From positions 1 through 29,714 of the forward strand of contig JAABQR010000114.1 in assembly GCA_011391345.1 (NCBI GenBank): 29,714 nt of DNA. The letters are read 5' to 3'. Shown here in pieces: positions 1 to 8,542 of the stretch. A model generated the notes under the pieces. The model did no database searches, was not told where the DNA came from, and was given only the letters and a program-made list of their open reading frames with translations. A program made the translations under genes and the position numbers. Position 1 is the stretch's first letter. Every line of letters begins with the position of its first letter. The DNA is from Methanobacteriota archaeon (GTDB lineage: Archaea; Thermoplasmatota; Thermoplasmata; UBA10834).

Positions 1-1704
1 GATCGCGTCGATCTCGTCCAGGAACACGATGCAGGGCGAGACCTGCTTTGCCTTCTTGAATATCATCCTGACGGCTTTCTCGCTCTCTCCCACCCACTTG
101 GACATGATCTCCGGGCCTTTGATCGATATGAAGTTGACCTTGGAGACGTTCGCGATGGCCCGCGCAATGAGTGTCTTGCCTGTCCCAGGGGGGCCGAAGA
201 GCAGGACCCCCTTCGGGGGTCGGATGCCTAGCCGCACGAACGACTCAGGGTCTTCGATCGGCAACTCGATCGCCTCGTGCAACTCCTTCTTGATGTGATC
301 GAGCCCACCGACATCGTCCCACGATGTCATGGGTATCTCGACGAGGACCTCCCTCATCGCGCTCGGCTCTATTTCCTTGAGCGCGTCCGAGAAGTCCGCC
401 GCCGTGACCCTCATCTTCTCGAGGAGTTCCGCCGGGATGGGTTTTCCGAGATCGATGTCGGGCAGGTACCTTCTGAGCGCCCTCATGGCGGCCTCACGCG
501 CAAGCGCGGCCAGGTCGGCTCCTACGAACCCATGTGTGGTCCCAGCTATCTTCTCCACGGCGACGTCTTCGGCCAGAGGCATCCCTCTCGTGTGTATCTG
601 GAAGATCTCCTGGCGGCCGCTCACCGTCGGGACACCTATCTCGATCTCCCTGTCGAACCTCCCAGGCCTCCTCAGCGCTGGGTCTATGGCCTCCTCCCTG
701 TTGGTCGCGGCTATGACGATGACGTTTCCCCTCGTCGTGAGCCCATCCATGAGCGTGAGCAGCTGCGCGACGACCCTCCTCTCGACCTCGCCGTGCACCT
801 CGTCCCTCTTCGGGGCGATGGAGTCCAACTCGTCTATGAATATCACGGATGGAGCGTTCTTCTCGGCGTCCGTGAATATCTCCCGGAGCTTCTCCTCGCT
901 CTGGCCGTAGAATTTGGACATGATCTCAGGACCCTGGATCGAAAAGAAGTTGGCACCCGCCTCGTTAGCGACCGCTCTGGCTATGAGTGTCTTGCCAGTT
1001 CCGGGTGGGCCATACAACAGGACGCCCTTTGGCGGGTCTATGCCCAGGCGTGTGAATATTTCGGGATGCTTGAGCGGCAGTTCGATCATCTCCCTGATCC
1101 TCTGCAACTCGTCCTCCAGCCCCCCGATATCCTCGTATGTGACCGAGGGTCTGGCGAGCTCGGTGATCTCGATTGGCTCGGTCTTAACGGATAACTCGGT
1201 GAGTTCGGATACCTGGACGATGCCGTTTGGGGTCGTCGAAGCCACGACGAACGGGAGGAATCCGCCCATGAGGGCTATGTTCGGGATGATGATCTCATCA
1301 CCCTTGACGAGCGCCCTGTTCAGGAGCCCTTTCTTGAAGAGCCCCTCTACGCCCTGGCCGAACCGGACTCTCTTCCCAGCGGGTATCTTGGGGGCCACGA
1401 TGATCTTCTGGGCCACCTGCGCCTCCGCCTTTCGGACGACGATGTTCTCGCCGATGGATACCCCTGCGTTGCCCCTTATCATTCCATCTATCCTGATGAT
1501 TCCCTTCCCCTCGTCCTCGTGGGCCGCCCTGAAGACCTTCGCTGCGGTCTTCTTGCTGCCAGCGATCTCGATTATCTCGCCCACGTCGGCGCCTAGCTCT
1601 TTCCTCGTGAAGGAGTCGATCCTCGCCCTTCCTAGGCCCACCTCGGACTGGTGATGCGCCCGCGCCACTCTGAGGGTAATCCCATCCGCTTGTTTCTTGA
1701 CCAT
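1..1704 (-). CDS. cdc48: CDC48/VCP (VAT) AAA+ ATPase, 3' end truncated by window edge
   Basis: Manual translation from ATG at 1704 ([30 protein letters not shown]) stays open to base 1. Contains N-domain, D1 Walker A GPPGTGKT, Walker [23 protein letters not shown], and D2 Walker A GPPGTGKT with FLDEID. Absent from the ORF track. Confidence 0.96.
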   Translation of the reverse strand, partial: MVKKQADGITLRVARAHHQSEVGLGRARIDSFTRKELGADVGEIIEIAGSKKTAAKVFRAAHEDEGKGIIRIDGMIRGNAGVSIGENIVVRKAEAQVAQKIIVAPKIPAGKRVRFGQGVEGLFKKGLLNRALVKGDEIIIPNIALMGGFLPFVVASTTPNGIVQVSELTELSVKTEPIEITELARPSVTYEDIGGLEDELQRIREMIELPLKHPEIFTRLGIDPPKGVLLYGPPGTGKTLIARAVANEAGANFFSIQGPEIMSKFYGQSEEKLREIFTDAEKNAPSVIFIDELDSIAPKRDEVHGEVERRVVAQLLTLMDGLTTRGNVIVIAATNREEAIDPALRRPGRFDREIEIGVPTVSGRQEIFQIHTRGMPLAEDVAVEKIAGTTHGFVGADLAALAREAAMRALRRYLPDIDLGKPIPAELLEKMRVTAADFSDALKEIEPSAMREVLVEIPMTSWDDVGGLDHIKKELHEAIELPIEDPESFVRLGIRPPKGVLLFGPPGTGKTLIARAIANVSKVNFISIKGPEIMSKWVGESEKAVRMIFKKAKQVSPCIVFLDEIDAI

Positions 1705-1884
1705 CTGACCGCCAAATCACTCACTCTGCGGAAAAACGTTTGGGAGGACTTGACGGGCCGGAGTTGACATTCGACGGCGCGGACACCGCAGGAAACGACG
1801 TTCGAGACTGTTCGTCGGAAGCAGGCCGTCATTCGAAAGGACCCTTCTGGACGCCCAAATGACCGGACAAACAGGGGGTTGCTC

Positions 1885-1900
1885 AGAAAGCCTTAAAAAA
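1885..1900 (+). promoter_or_regulatory. Probable BRE/TATA promoter of the oxidoreductase operon
   Basis: AGAAAG-CC-TTAAAAAA about 35 nt before ATG 1935. Confidence 0.5.
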
Positions 1901-1934
1901 GACCCACCCATACAAAACGCTGCGAGGCTTCAGG

Positions 1935-2819
1935 ATGCACGAAGTACGTTTCCACGGTCGCGGCGGACAAGGCGCGGTCATGGCTGCACAAGCACTTGCG
2001 AGCGCTGCACACCAGGAGGGTGGTTACGCGACCGCCTTCCCGTTCTTCGGGGCCGAGAGGCGAGGCGCCCCTGTGCTGGCGTTCACGAGGATCGACAGCA
2101 AGAGGATCTACCGCAAGACTCAGGTCTACGAACCCGACGTGGTCGTGGTCCTTGACGAGTCGCTCATCGACGTCGTCAATGTCGTCGATGGCCTGAAGGA
2201 AGGCGGCATCGTCATCGTCAACACATCGAAGCGGCCGGACGAGGTTGATGTCGGCAAGGATGTCAAGGTTGCCACCGTGGATGCAACATCGGTCGCCCTT
2301 GAGATACTCAAGCAGCCCGCGACGAACTCGTCGATACTGGGTGCCCTGGCCAAGGCCACGGGCATGGTCAAGATAGAGTCCATCGAGAAGGGTATCATGC
2401 AGATCTTCGGCGACAGGCTGGGCCCTAAGATCGGCGAGAAGAACGCTCAAGCCGCCAAGGCGGCTTACGACAAGACTGTCGTAGGCAACTCGCGCGGCAA
2501 GCGCCCTCTGACAAAGCCGAAGAAGTGGCTCCCTGATGTCAACGAGCTCCCGATAGGTGTCGCTGGGGTTACGATGGATACGCCCGCCGGCATGGTTGGT
2601 CCAGGATCGTTCATAGTGAACAAGACCGGCAGCTGGAAAGTGTTCAGGCCGGAGTACGACAAGGAGAAGTGCACCATGTGCAACTTCTGCTGGTTCTACT
2701 GCCCGGAGGGTTGCATCTACAGAAAGGGTGACCACATGGAATTCGACATGGACTACTGCAAGGGCTGCGGGATATGCGCCAACGAGTGCCCCGTCGACGC
2801 CATCAAGATGGTGAGGTGA
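1935..2819 (+). CDS. 2-oxoacid:ferredoxin oxidoreductase fused gamma + delta subunit (PorC/PorD type)
   Basis: N-terminal [11 protein letters not shown] and FGAERRGAP gamma motifs; C-terminal [10 protein letters not shown] followed by two CxxCxxCxxxCP 4Fe-4S motifs. Confidence 0.95.
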   Translation: MHEVRFHGRGGQGAVMAAQALASAAHQEGGYATAFPFFGAERRGAPVLAFTRIDSKRIYRKTQVYEPDVVVVLDESLIDVVNVVDGLKEGGIVIVNTSKRPDEVDVGKDVKVATVDATSVALEILKQPATNSSILGALAKATGMVKIESIEKGIMQIFGDRLGPKIGEKNAQAAKAAYDKTVVGNSRGKRPLTKPKKWLPDVNELPIGVAGVTMDTPAGMVGPGSFIVNKTGSWKVFRPEYDKEKCTMCNFCWFYCPEGCIYRKGDHMEFDMDYCKGCGICANECPVDAIKMVR

Positions 2820-2823
2820 GGAG

Positions 2824-4005
2824 ATGGTCCAGAAAGTCGTCACCGGCAACTACGCGGCGGCATATGGAGCGATGCGGAGCAGGGTCAAGACAATCGCGGC
2901 GTACCCTATCACGCCTCAGACATTCATAGTCGAGCACTTGTCAGAGTTCGTCAACAACGGCGAGCTCGATTGCGAGTACATCGAGGTAGAGAGCGAGCAC
3001 TCCGCCATGAGTGCGTGCGTGTCCGCGAGCGCCTCGGGCGTCCGCACGTTCACGGCCACATCTTCGCAAGGGCTCGCCCTCATGCATGAGATATTACCCA
3101 TTGCGAGCGGCCTCAGGCTGCCAGTCGTGATGGCGGTTGTCAACAGGGCCATCGCGGCGCCGATCAATATATGGGTCGAGCACAGCGACATCATGCCCGA
3201 AAGGGACTCAGGATGGCTGCAGGTCTTCTGCGACCACAACCAGGAGGTCCAGGACATGGTGTTGCAGGCGTTCAAGATCGCAGAGGACAAGCGCGTCGCG
3301 CTGCCCATGAGCGTGGGCCTGGACGCGTTCATCCTATCGCACACGGTCGAGCCAGTCGACCTGATGTGTGCGGAGGATGCGGACAAGTTTCTGCCCAAGT
3401 ACAGCCCGCCGAGCCACATCCTCGACACGGACGATGTCAAGTCTGTCGGAGTCTTCGTGCCTCCCGAGTACATAATGGAGTGCAGATGGCAGCTCGACAA
3501 GGCCCTCCGCGACGCCCCGCCGGTCATCGAGGCGGTCAACAAGCAGTTCGCCAGGCAGTTCGGCAGAGACTATGGTGGCATGATTGATCCCTACATGTGC
3601 GATGACGCGGATGTAGTGCTCATAACGCTGGGGACGGTCAGTTCGACCGCCCACGAGGTCGTTGATGACATGCGCGCAGAGGGCAAGAAGGTCGGCCTCG
3701 TGAAGCAGAGGTTCTGGAGACCATACCCGGCCAAGCAGCTCCGCGCGATCGCCGAGAAGGTCAAGGCAGTCGGCGTGTTCGACAGGGCAGTATCGTATGG
3801 CGTGGCCGGACCGTCATTCATAGAGTTCAGGAATGCCGCGTACGGGCTCGATGTCCCGACCATGGACTTCATCGGAGGCCTGGGAGGTAACGACGTCACT
3901 CTGGCGGATATCCGTCTGATATATGAGCGTCTGCTCGAGGCCGCAAAGACCGGGAAGCCCAGGCGCGAAGTGACATGGCTGAACACCAGGGGGGTGGAGC
4001 AGTGA
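2824..4005 (+). CDS. 2-oxoacid:ferredoxin oxidoreductase alpha subunit (PorA/VorA type)
   Basis: AAYPITPQT, ESEHSAMSAC, TATSSQGLALMHE, NRA motifs; operon context. Confidence 0.95.
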   Translation: MVQKVVTGNYAAAYGAMRSRVKTIAAYPITPQTFIVEHLSEFVNNGELDCEYIEVESEHSAMSACVSASASGVRTFTATSSQGLALMHEILPIASGLRLPVVMAVVNRAIAAPINIWVEHSDIMPERDSGWLQVFCDHNQEVQDMVLQAFKIAEDKRVALPMSVGLDAFILSHTVEPVDLMCAEDADKFLPKYSPPSHILDTDDVKSVGVFVPPEYIMECRWQLDKALRDAPPVIEAVNKQFARQFGRDYGGMIDPYMCDDADVVLITLGTVSSTAHEVVDDMRAEGKKVGLVKQRFWRPYPAKQLRAIAEKVKAVGVFDRAVSYGVAGPSFIEFRNAAYGLDVPTMDFIGGLGGNDVTLADIRLIYERLLEAAKTGKPRREVTWLNTRGVEQ

Positions 4006-4892
4006 AGCTCAAGGAGATGCCTGACGAGGAGATGTTCACCCGAGGCCACACGGCCTGTGCTGGCTGCGGGGGCGCGATCGCAGTGAGGAACCTGATGAAG
4101 ATACTGGGGAAGGACACGGTCGTCGTCAACCCTGCCTGCTGTCTGCTGATATTCGGCGCCACTTACCCGAACATAGCGTGGAAGGTACCGTTCCACCATG
4201 TAGCGTTCGAGAACACGGCCGCATGCGCCACTGGCATGTCCAGGGCCCTCAAGGCACGGGGCAAGCAGGACACGCTCGTCATGGGCATCGCGGGTGACGG
4301 CGGCACTGCGGACATAGGTATCCAGGCGCTGTCCGGCGCTGCTGAGAGGAATGAGGACATCCTCTATGTCATGTATGACAACGAAGCGTACATGAACACA
4401 GGGATACAGAGATCGGGTTCCACGCCATTCGGCGCCTGGACGACCACGACCCCGGTCGGGAAGGTCAAGTCGGGCAAGGCCAACTTCAAGAAGGACATGC
4501 CCCAGATCATGATGGCCCACAACGTGCCATATGTCGCCACCGCCTCGGTCGGTCACATCCAGGACTTCATCAACAAGTTCGAGAAGGCCAAGAAGATCAA
4601 AGGCTTCCGATACATCCAGGTCTTCACCCCATGCCCCACAGGGTGGAGGCACGACACTGCGAAGACCATCGAGATGTGCAAGCTCGCCGTGGACACTGGC
4701 ATGTGGACCCTGTATGAGTGTGAGAATGGCAAGGTCACCATCAACAGGAAGCCGAAGATGACGCCTGTCGCCGAGTACCTGAAGCCCCAGGGGCGGTTCA
4801 GGCACATGACCGAAGAGGACATCAAGACGCTCCAGGACTGGGTCACCAAGAAGTGGGAAGCGGACGAGAAGTACGCTCAGTGCAGGGCGTGA
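4002..4892 (+). CDS. 2-oxoacid:ferredoxin oxidoreductase beta (TPP-binding) subunit
   Basis: CAGCG, GDGGTADIG, YDNEAYMNTGIQRS, PCPTGW motifs; GTG start at 4002 overlaps the alpha stop (GTGA). Confidence 0.95.
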   Translation: MKLKEMPDEEMFTRGHTACAGCGGAIAVRNLMKILGKDTVVVNPACCLLIFGATYPNIAWKVPFHHVAFENTAACATGMSRALKARGKQDTLVMGIAGDGGTADIGIQALSGAAERNEDILYVMYDNEAYMNTGIQRSGSTPFGAWTTTTPVGKVKSGKANFKKDMPQIMMAHNVPYVATASVGHIQDFINKFEKAKKIKGFRYIQVFTPCPTGWRHDTAKTIEMCKLAVDTGMWTLYECENGKVTINRKPKMTPVAEYLKPQGRFRHMTEEDIKTLQDWVTKKWEADEKYAQCRA

Positions 4893-4913
4893 CCGACCTC
4901 AAACGGTTTCTCA

Positions 4914-4925
4914 AAACCCCTTGAC
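4914..4925 (+). repeat. Dispersed motif AAACCCCTTRAC, copy 1
   Basis: AAACCCCTTGAC starting 22 nt after the stop at 4892; related to copies at 19890 and 20680. Confidence 0.6.
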
Positions 4926-4966
4926 AGGCCTACTACGCGCTCAGAGCCGCGCATCCAGGCTAGCGG

Positions 4967-5812
4967 TCACTTCAGGCTCTTCCTCATCTCGATCTGTTTC
5001 ATCGTGACCGCGAAATCGAACTTGTCGAGCATCCTCAGCACCGATGGCTCCTCGTTGAGGTTGTAGACCGCTATCTTGAACGTCCCGAGCTCGTGGAACC
5101 TGTTGAGGGCGAACTTCGCCAGCGAGGTCCCTACCCCTTCGCCCCTCCGCGATGGCACGACCCCGAGATAAGGCATGTATCCCGTAGCATCGACCTTCCT
5201 GACGAGGACGAAGCCACCGTCCACAACGTAGCACTCGGAGCTCTTCGCCGATGCCATGAGCCCATGTATCTTCCTCCGCTGCCAGCAAGTGCCAGCGTAC
5301 GCTTCTTCGTGGATCTTGACGAGTTCATCGGCCGAGGTCTTCCTAGGCGTCGTTCCGTATCCGGTGAATTGCATCGGCTTGCCCTCGGCGCAGATGTAGT
5401 TCCTCACATCCTCGTAGCCCAAGCGTCTGTAGAGCCCATGTGCCCTGGTATTCCCTTGAATGACCTCGAGTATGGAAGTCTCAGCGCCCTGGTTTCTTGA
5501 GAAGTCCTCGGCAGCCAGCATGAGCTTCTCCCCGATCCCTCTGCCTCGGTGCCCGGGCACGACGCCGACGCCGCCGATCCAAGACTCCCCCCGGTCCACG
5601 ACCGGGTTCGCGTACCCGACGATCCTGCCGCCGTCCATGGCGACGATGACGTTGGCGACGTTGCCGCCGACCGACTGGACGAAGTCGATGAAGAATGCCC
5701 TGCTGGATTTCATCGGGACTAGGTAGTCCGAGAATATCTCGTTCTGCGCATCCACAAGGTTATCCAGCTGCCCCTTCTGTATGTGTCGCAGTTCGATGTC
5801 GTTCACTGTCAT
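4967..5812 (-). CDS. Tandem (two-domain) GNAT acetyltransferase, 281 aa
   Basis: Start ATG 5812 (MTVNDIELRH), 11 nt after the lysS stop; two motif-A regions, VVPGHRGRGIG and VVPSRRGEGVG. Confidence 0.85.
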   Translation of the reverse strand: MTVNDIELRHIQKGQLDNLVDAQNEIFSDYLVPMKSSRAFFIDFVQSVGGNVANVIVAMDGGRIVGYANPVVDRGESWIGGVGVVPGHRGRGIGEKLMLAAEDFSRNQGAETSILEVIQGNTRAHGLYRRLGYEDVRNYICAEGKPMQFTGYGTTPRKTSADELVKIHEEAYAGTCWQRRKIHGLMASAKSSECYVVDGGFVLVRKVDATGYMPYLGVVPSRRGEGVGTSLAKFALNRFHELGTFKIAVYNLNEEPSVLRMLDKFDFAVTMKQIEMRKSLK

Positions 5813-5823
5813 CGAGTCGCCCT

Positions 5824-7308
5824 CTACACGGTCTCGGGCTTCATGTGGGGGAACAGGAGCACTTCCTTGATCGAGGGTGCGTCCGTGAGTATCATCGCGA
5901 ACCGGTCGATGCCGATGCCCAGGCCGCCGGTAGGTGGAAGCCCGCACTCCAGCGCCCTGATGTAGTCCATGTCTATCGGGTGGGCCTCGTCGTCTCCTTC
6001 CGAACGGAGCCTGTCCTGCTCCCGGAACCTCTGCTCCTGCTCCTCGGGGTCGTTCAGCTCGGAGAACGCGTTCGCGAACTCCCAACCGTTGATGAACAGT
6101 TCGAACCTCTCGACCAGTTCGGGGTTCCCGCGCTTCCTCTTGGCCAGGGGTGAGACCTCGATCGGATGGTCTATCACGAACGTCGGGTCGATGAGACTGG
6201 GTTGCGCCTTCTGGTCGAATATCTCAGAGACGACCTTCCCCATCCCACTGCAGTCTTCGATGTCCTTGACGCCCAGCTTCGTGGCCGCGGCCTTCGCCTC
6301 GTCGACGGTCTTGATGGATGATATGTCCAGGCCAGTGTACTCCTTGATGGCGTCGTGCATCGTGACCCTTCTCCATGGTCTCGAGAAGTCAAGGGTCTTG
6401 TCGCCGTACTTGATCTTGTCAGACCCGACGATGCGCATCGCGGTATCGTACAGCAGGCTCTCTGTGAGGTCCATGATGTCCTCGTAGTCCACGTAGGCCT
6501 CGTAGAGCTCCAACGAAGTGTACTCTGGGTAGTGCTGCGCGTCGATGTCCTCGTTCCTGAAGTTCTTCCCGATCTCATACACCTTCTCCAGGTTCCCGAC
6601 GATGCATCTCTTGTGATACAGTTCTGGGGCTATCCTGAGGTATAGGTCCATGTCGAGGTAGTTGTGGTGCGTGACGAACGGCCTAGCAAGAGCGCCGCCG
6701 TACAGCGGCTGGAGTATAGGCGTCTCCACTTCCAGGAAATCGCGCTTGTTCAACCAGTCCCTCATGAACGCGACCATCCTGCTCCGGTCTATGAACCTCT
6801 TCCTCACGTCGTCGTTCATCGCGAGGTCGAGGTATCTCTGCCGGTACCTCGTCTGCACGTCCTGCAGTCCGTGGAACTTCTCGGGGAACGGTATCAGGGC
6901 CTTGGACAAGACATCCATATTCTTGACAGCGACTGTGATCTCACCCATCTTCGTCCTGAAGATAGTGCCACGTACGCCGATTATGTCGCCCCGATCGAGC
7001 GATGAGAATGTGGTCCAGGTTTCCTGACCCACCTCGTCGAGCTTCAAATAGATCTGTACTTTGCCGTCCCTGTCCACGAGGTCGGCGAAACCCGCCTTGC
7101 CGTGGACGCGTACGGCCATGACCCTGCCTGCGGTGGTTATCTCCTTCTGGCTTCTCTCGGACCCGACGTCCGCGAACTCGCTCCTAATCGACGATGTGTC
7201 ATGCGTGCGCTCGTAGTCATACTTCTGGTAAGGGTCCAGCCCCCTCTTCTTCAGGGCCTCCAACTTGCTCCTCATCAGAGCCCTCAGGTCGCTCTCCTGC
7301 TCTGCCAT
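5824..7308 (-). CDS. lysS: Lysyl-tRNA synthetase, class II
   Basis: OB-fold N-terminus (TAGRVMAVRVHGKAGFADL), RYRQRYLDL, motif 2 FRNEDIDAQHYPEYT, motif 3 GLPPTGGLGIGIDR. Confidence 0.98.
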   Translation of the reverse strand: MAEQESDLRALMRSKLEALKKRGLDPYQKYDYERTHDTSSIRSEFADVGSERSQKEITTAGRVMAVRVHGKAGFADLVDRDGKVQIYLKLDEVGQETWTTFSSLDRGDIIGVRGTIFRTKMGEITVAVKNMDVLSKALIPFPEKFHGLQDVQTRYRQRYLDLAMNDDVRKRFIDRSRMVAFMRDWLNKRDFLEVETPILQPLYGGALARPFVTHHNYLDMDLYLRIAPELYHKRCIVGNLEKVYEIGKNFRNEDIDAQHYPEYTSLELYEAYVDYEDIMDLTESLLYDTAMRIVGSDKIKYGDKTLDFSRPWRRVTMHDAIKEYTGLDISSIKTVDEAKAAATKLGVKDIEDCSGMGKVVSEIFDQKAQPSLIDPTFVIDHPIEVSPLAKRKRGNPELVERFELFINGWEFANAFSELNDPEEQEQRFREQDRLRSEGDDEAHPIDMDYIRALECGLPPTGGLGIGIDRFAMILTDAPSIKEVLLFPHMKPETV

Positions 7309-7351
7309 CAGGCATCCCCCTCGTAGGGTGCGTTCTCATATCCGAAGGGCA

Positions 7352-7359
7352 TACTTAAA
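7352..7359 (-). promoter_or_regulatory. Probable TATA box of lysS-GNAT
   Basis: TTTAAGTA on the minus strand about 45 nt upstream of ATG 7308. Confidence 0.45.
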
Positions 7360-7432
7360 CGTAAGCGGGCTCCGGACCGGGTCCAATCCTCTCTCTCGCT
7401 CTCTCTCAAGCTCATGCAAAACCACTCTCGGT

Positions 7433-7462
7433 CAGGACTTGCGGCTAAGGCCGCAGGCCCTG
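7433..7462 (-). terminator. Stem-loop immediately after the receiver-gene stop
   Basis: Minus strand CAGGGC-C-TGCGGC-CTTA-GCCGCA-A-GTCCTG (12 bp with one G-U pair), followed shortly by GGTTTT. Confidence 0.5.
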
Positions 7463-7831
7463 CTAACTCTTCTCTTCCTCGGCCTCAGAGATGGCCGCGA
7501 GGAGCTCTTCTATCCTGAAGGGCTTCAGCAGGAATCCCCTTGCGCCTGCCGCCAACGCCTCCTTCTCTATGTGAAGGTCCGCGCTGCCGAAGAATATCAG
7601 CGCCGCGGGGTCCATCCGGAGGATCTCCTGCGTGGCGCTCACGCCGTCCTTGATAGGCATCCTCTGGTCCATGATGATGACGACAGGTTTCTCCTTCATG
7701 TCCCGGTACTTCCTCACGGCCTCCTCGCCGTCCGAGGCGACATCCACGACCGTGTGGCCGTTCGCCTCGAGTATGTCTCTGTAGAGGTCTACGATGAATT
7801 TCTCATCATCGACAAGGAACACTGTAGCTAT
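7463..7831 (-). CDS. Single-domain response regulator (CheY-like receiver)
   Basis: VFLVDD, IIMDQRMP (phosphoacceptor Asp), FLLKPF. Start uncertain: GTG at 7822 or ATA at 7831. Confidence 0.9.
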   Translation of the reverse strand: MATVFLVDDEKFIVDLYRDILEANGHTVVDVASDGEEAVRKYRDMKEKPVVIIMDQRMPIKDGVSATQEILRMDPAALIFFGSADLHIEKEALAAGARGFLLKPFRIEELLAAISEAEEEKS

Positions 7832-8013
7832 CGTACAACCTCCGAATCCTTCTTCTCAAACATGGGCTCCCGGATGCACCCGTCTAGAAGTAGCCACGCC
7901 GCGACCGCGTCCAGCCAGATGGGATTCTGTCAATTATCTTGTAGATTATATAATGCTTTTCCTTATGGGTCGGCAGCTTCGAAATCGTAAGAATTCTGCT
8001 TCGCCAGGGTCAT

Positions 8014-8027
8014 AAAGACTTATATAT
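8014..8027 (+). promoter_or_regulatory. Probable BRE/TATA promoter of Sec61beta
   Basis: AAAGAC-TTATATAT about 30 nt before ATG 8057. Confidence 0.6.
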
Positions 8028-8056
8028 GTAAACCTTCAATAGGCTCCCCGAAGCCT

Positions 8057-8224
8057 ATGGCGAAGAAGAAGAAGGGCGAGGGTTTCCACTCCGCGGCCGG
8101 TCTCATCCGGTACTTCGACTCAGAGGACGAGAAGGCCCTCAAGGTCAACCCGTGGTTCGTCGTCACCATGTGTATCACCGCGTCTGTCGTGGTGATGGTA
8201 TTGGGCGCGCTCTATCCGACGTGA
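8057..8224 (+). CDS. Preprotein translocase subunit Sec61beta (archaeal SecG-like), 55 aa
   Basis: Manual translation MAKKKKGEGFHSAAGLIRYFDSEDEKALKVNPWFVVTMCITASVVVMVLGALYPT: SAAGLIRYF-D-E motif, conserved Pro, one C-terminal TM helix. Below the ORF-track cutoff. Confidence 0.93.
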   Translation: MAKKKKGEGFHSAAGLIRYFDSEDEKALKVNPWFVVTMCITASVVVMVLGALYPT

Positions 8225-8542
8225 GGGTCCGTCGGGATCCACCACGTGGACATCCCCCGCAGGGTCTGGCCATTCGTTCAATTACCGCCTGGGCGCTCCT
8301 GCGGGATGTACATTTGTGGTTCATGGGCGTCCCCCTCCGGACACAACAACTAAATACCGTGGCGGTTTTCGCTGGCCTGCTCGAGGCGCAAGTGCATGGC
8401 TGTCAAGAAAGTCGTGTTTGGTTGTCTTCACGCGTGAATACACACGAACCAGCCAGTGCGCCGGGCCTTTCTTCGTCATCTCGAGTTGTGTCAGCCTGAC
8501 GGCTGAAGCACCCGGGGTGGCGTCGTGCAGGGAGATGATGCA

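Noticed and set aside
29-1654. Long + strand ORFs 277-1194, 329-910 and 914-1654
   Set aside because: Antisense shadows of CDC48, which has complete AAA motifs; the shadow translations have no recognisable motifs.
1893-4805. Long - strand ORFs 1893-2849, 2916-3542 and 3591-4805
   Set aside because: Antisense shadows of the oxidoreductase operon, expected in GC-rich DNA.
5813-6085. 91-aa N-terminal extension of the GNAT ORF in the track
   Set aside because: It overlaps the lysS 3' end in another frame; the GNAT-like sequence begins at ATG 5812.
5824-7308. Class II LysRS in an archaeon as a sign of transfer
   Set aside because: Class II LysRS is established in several archaeal groups and composition matches the neighbours.
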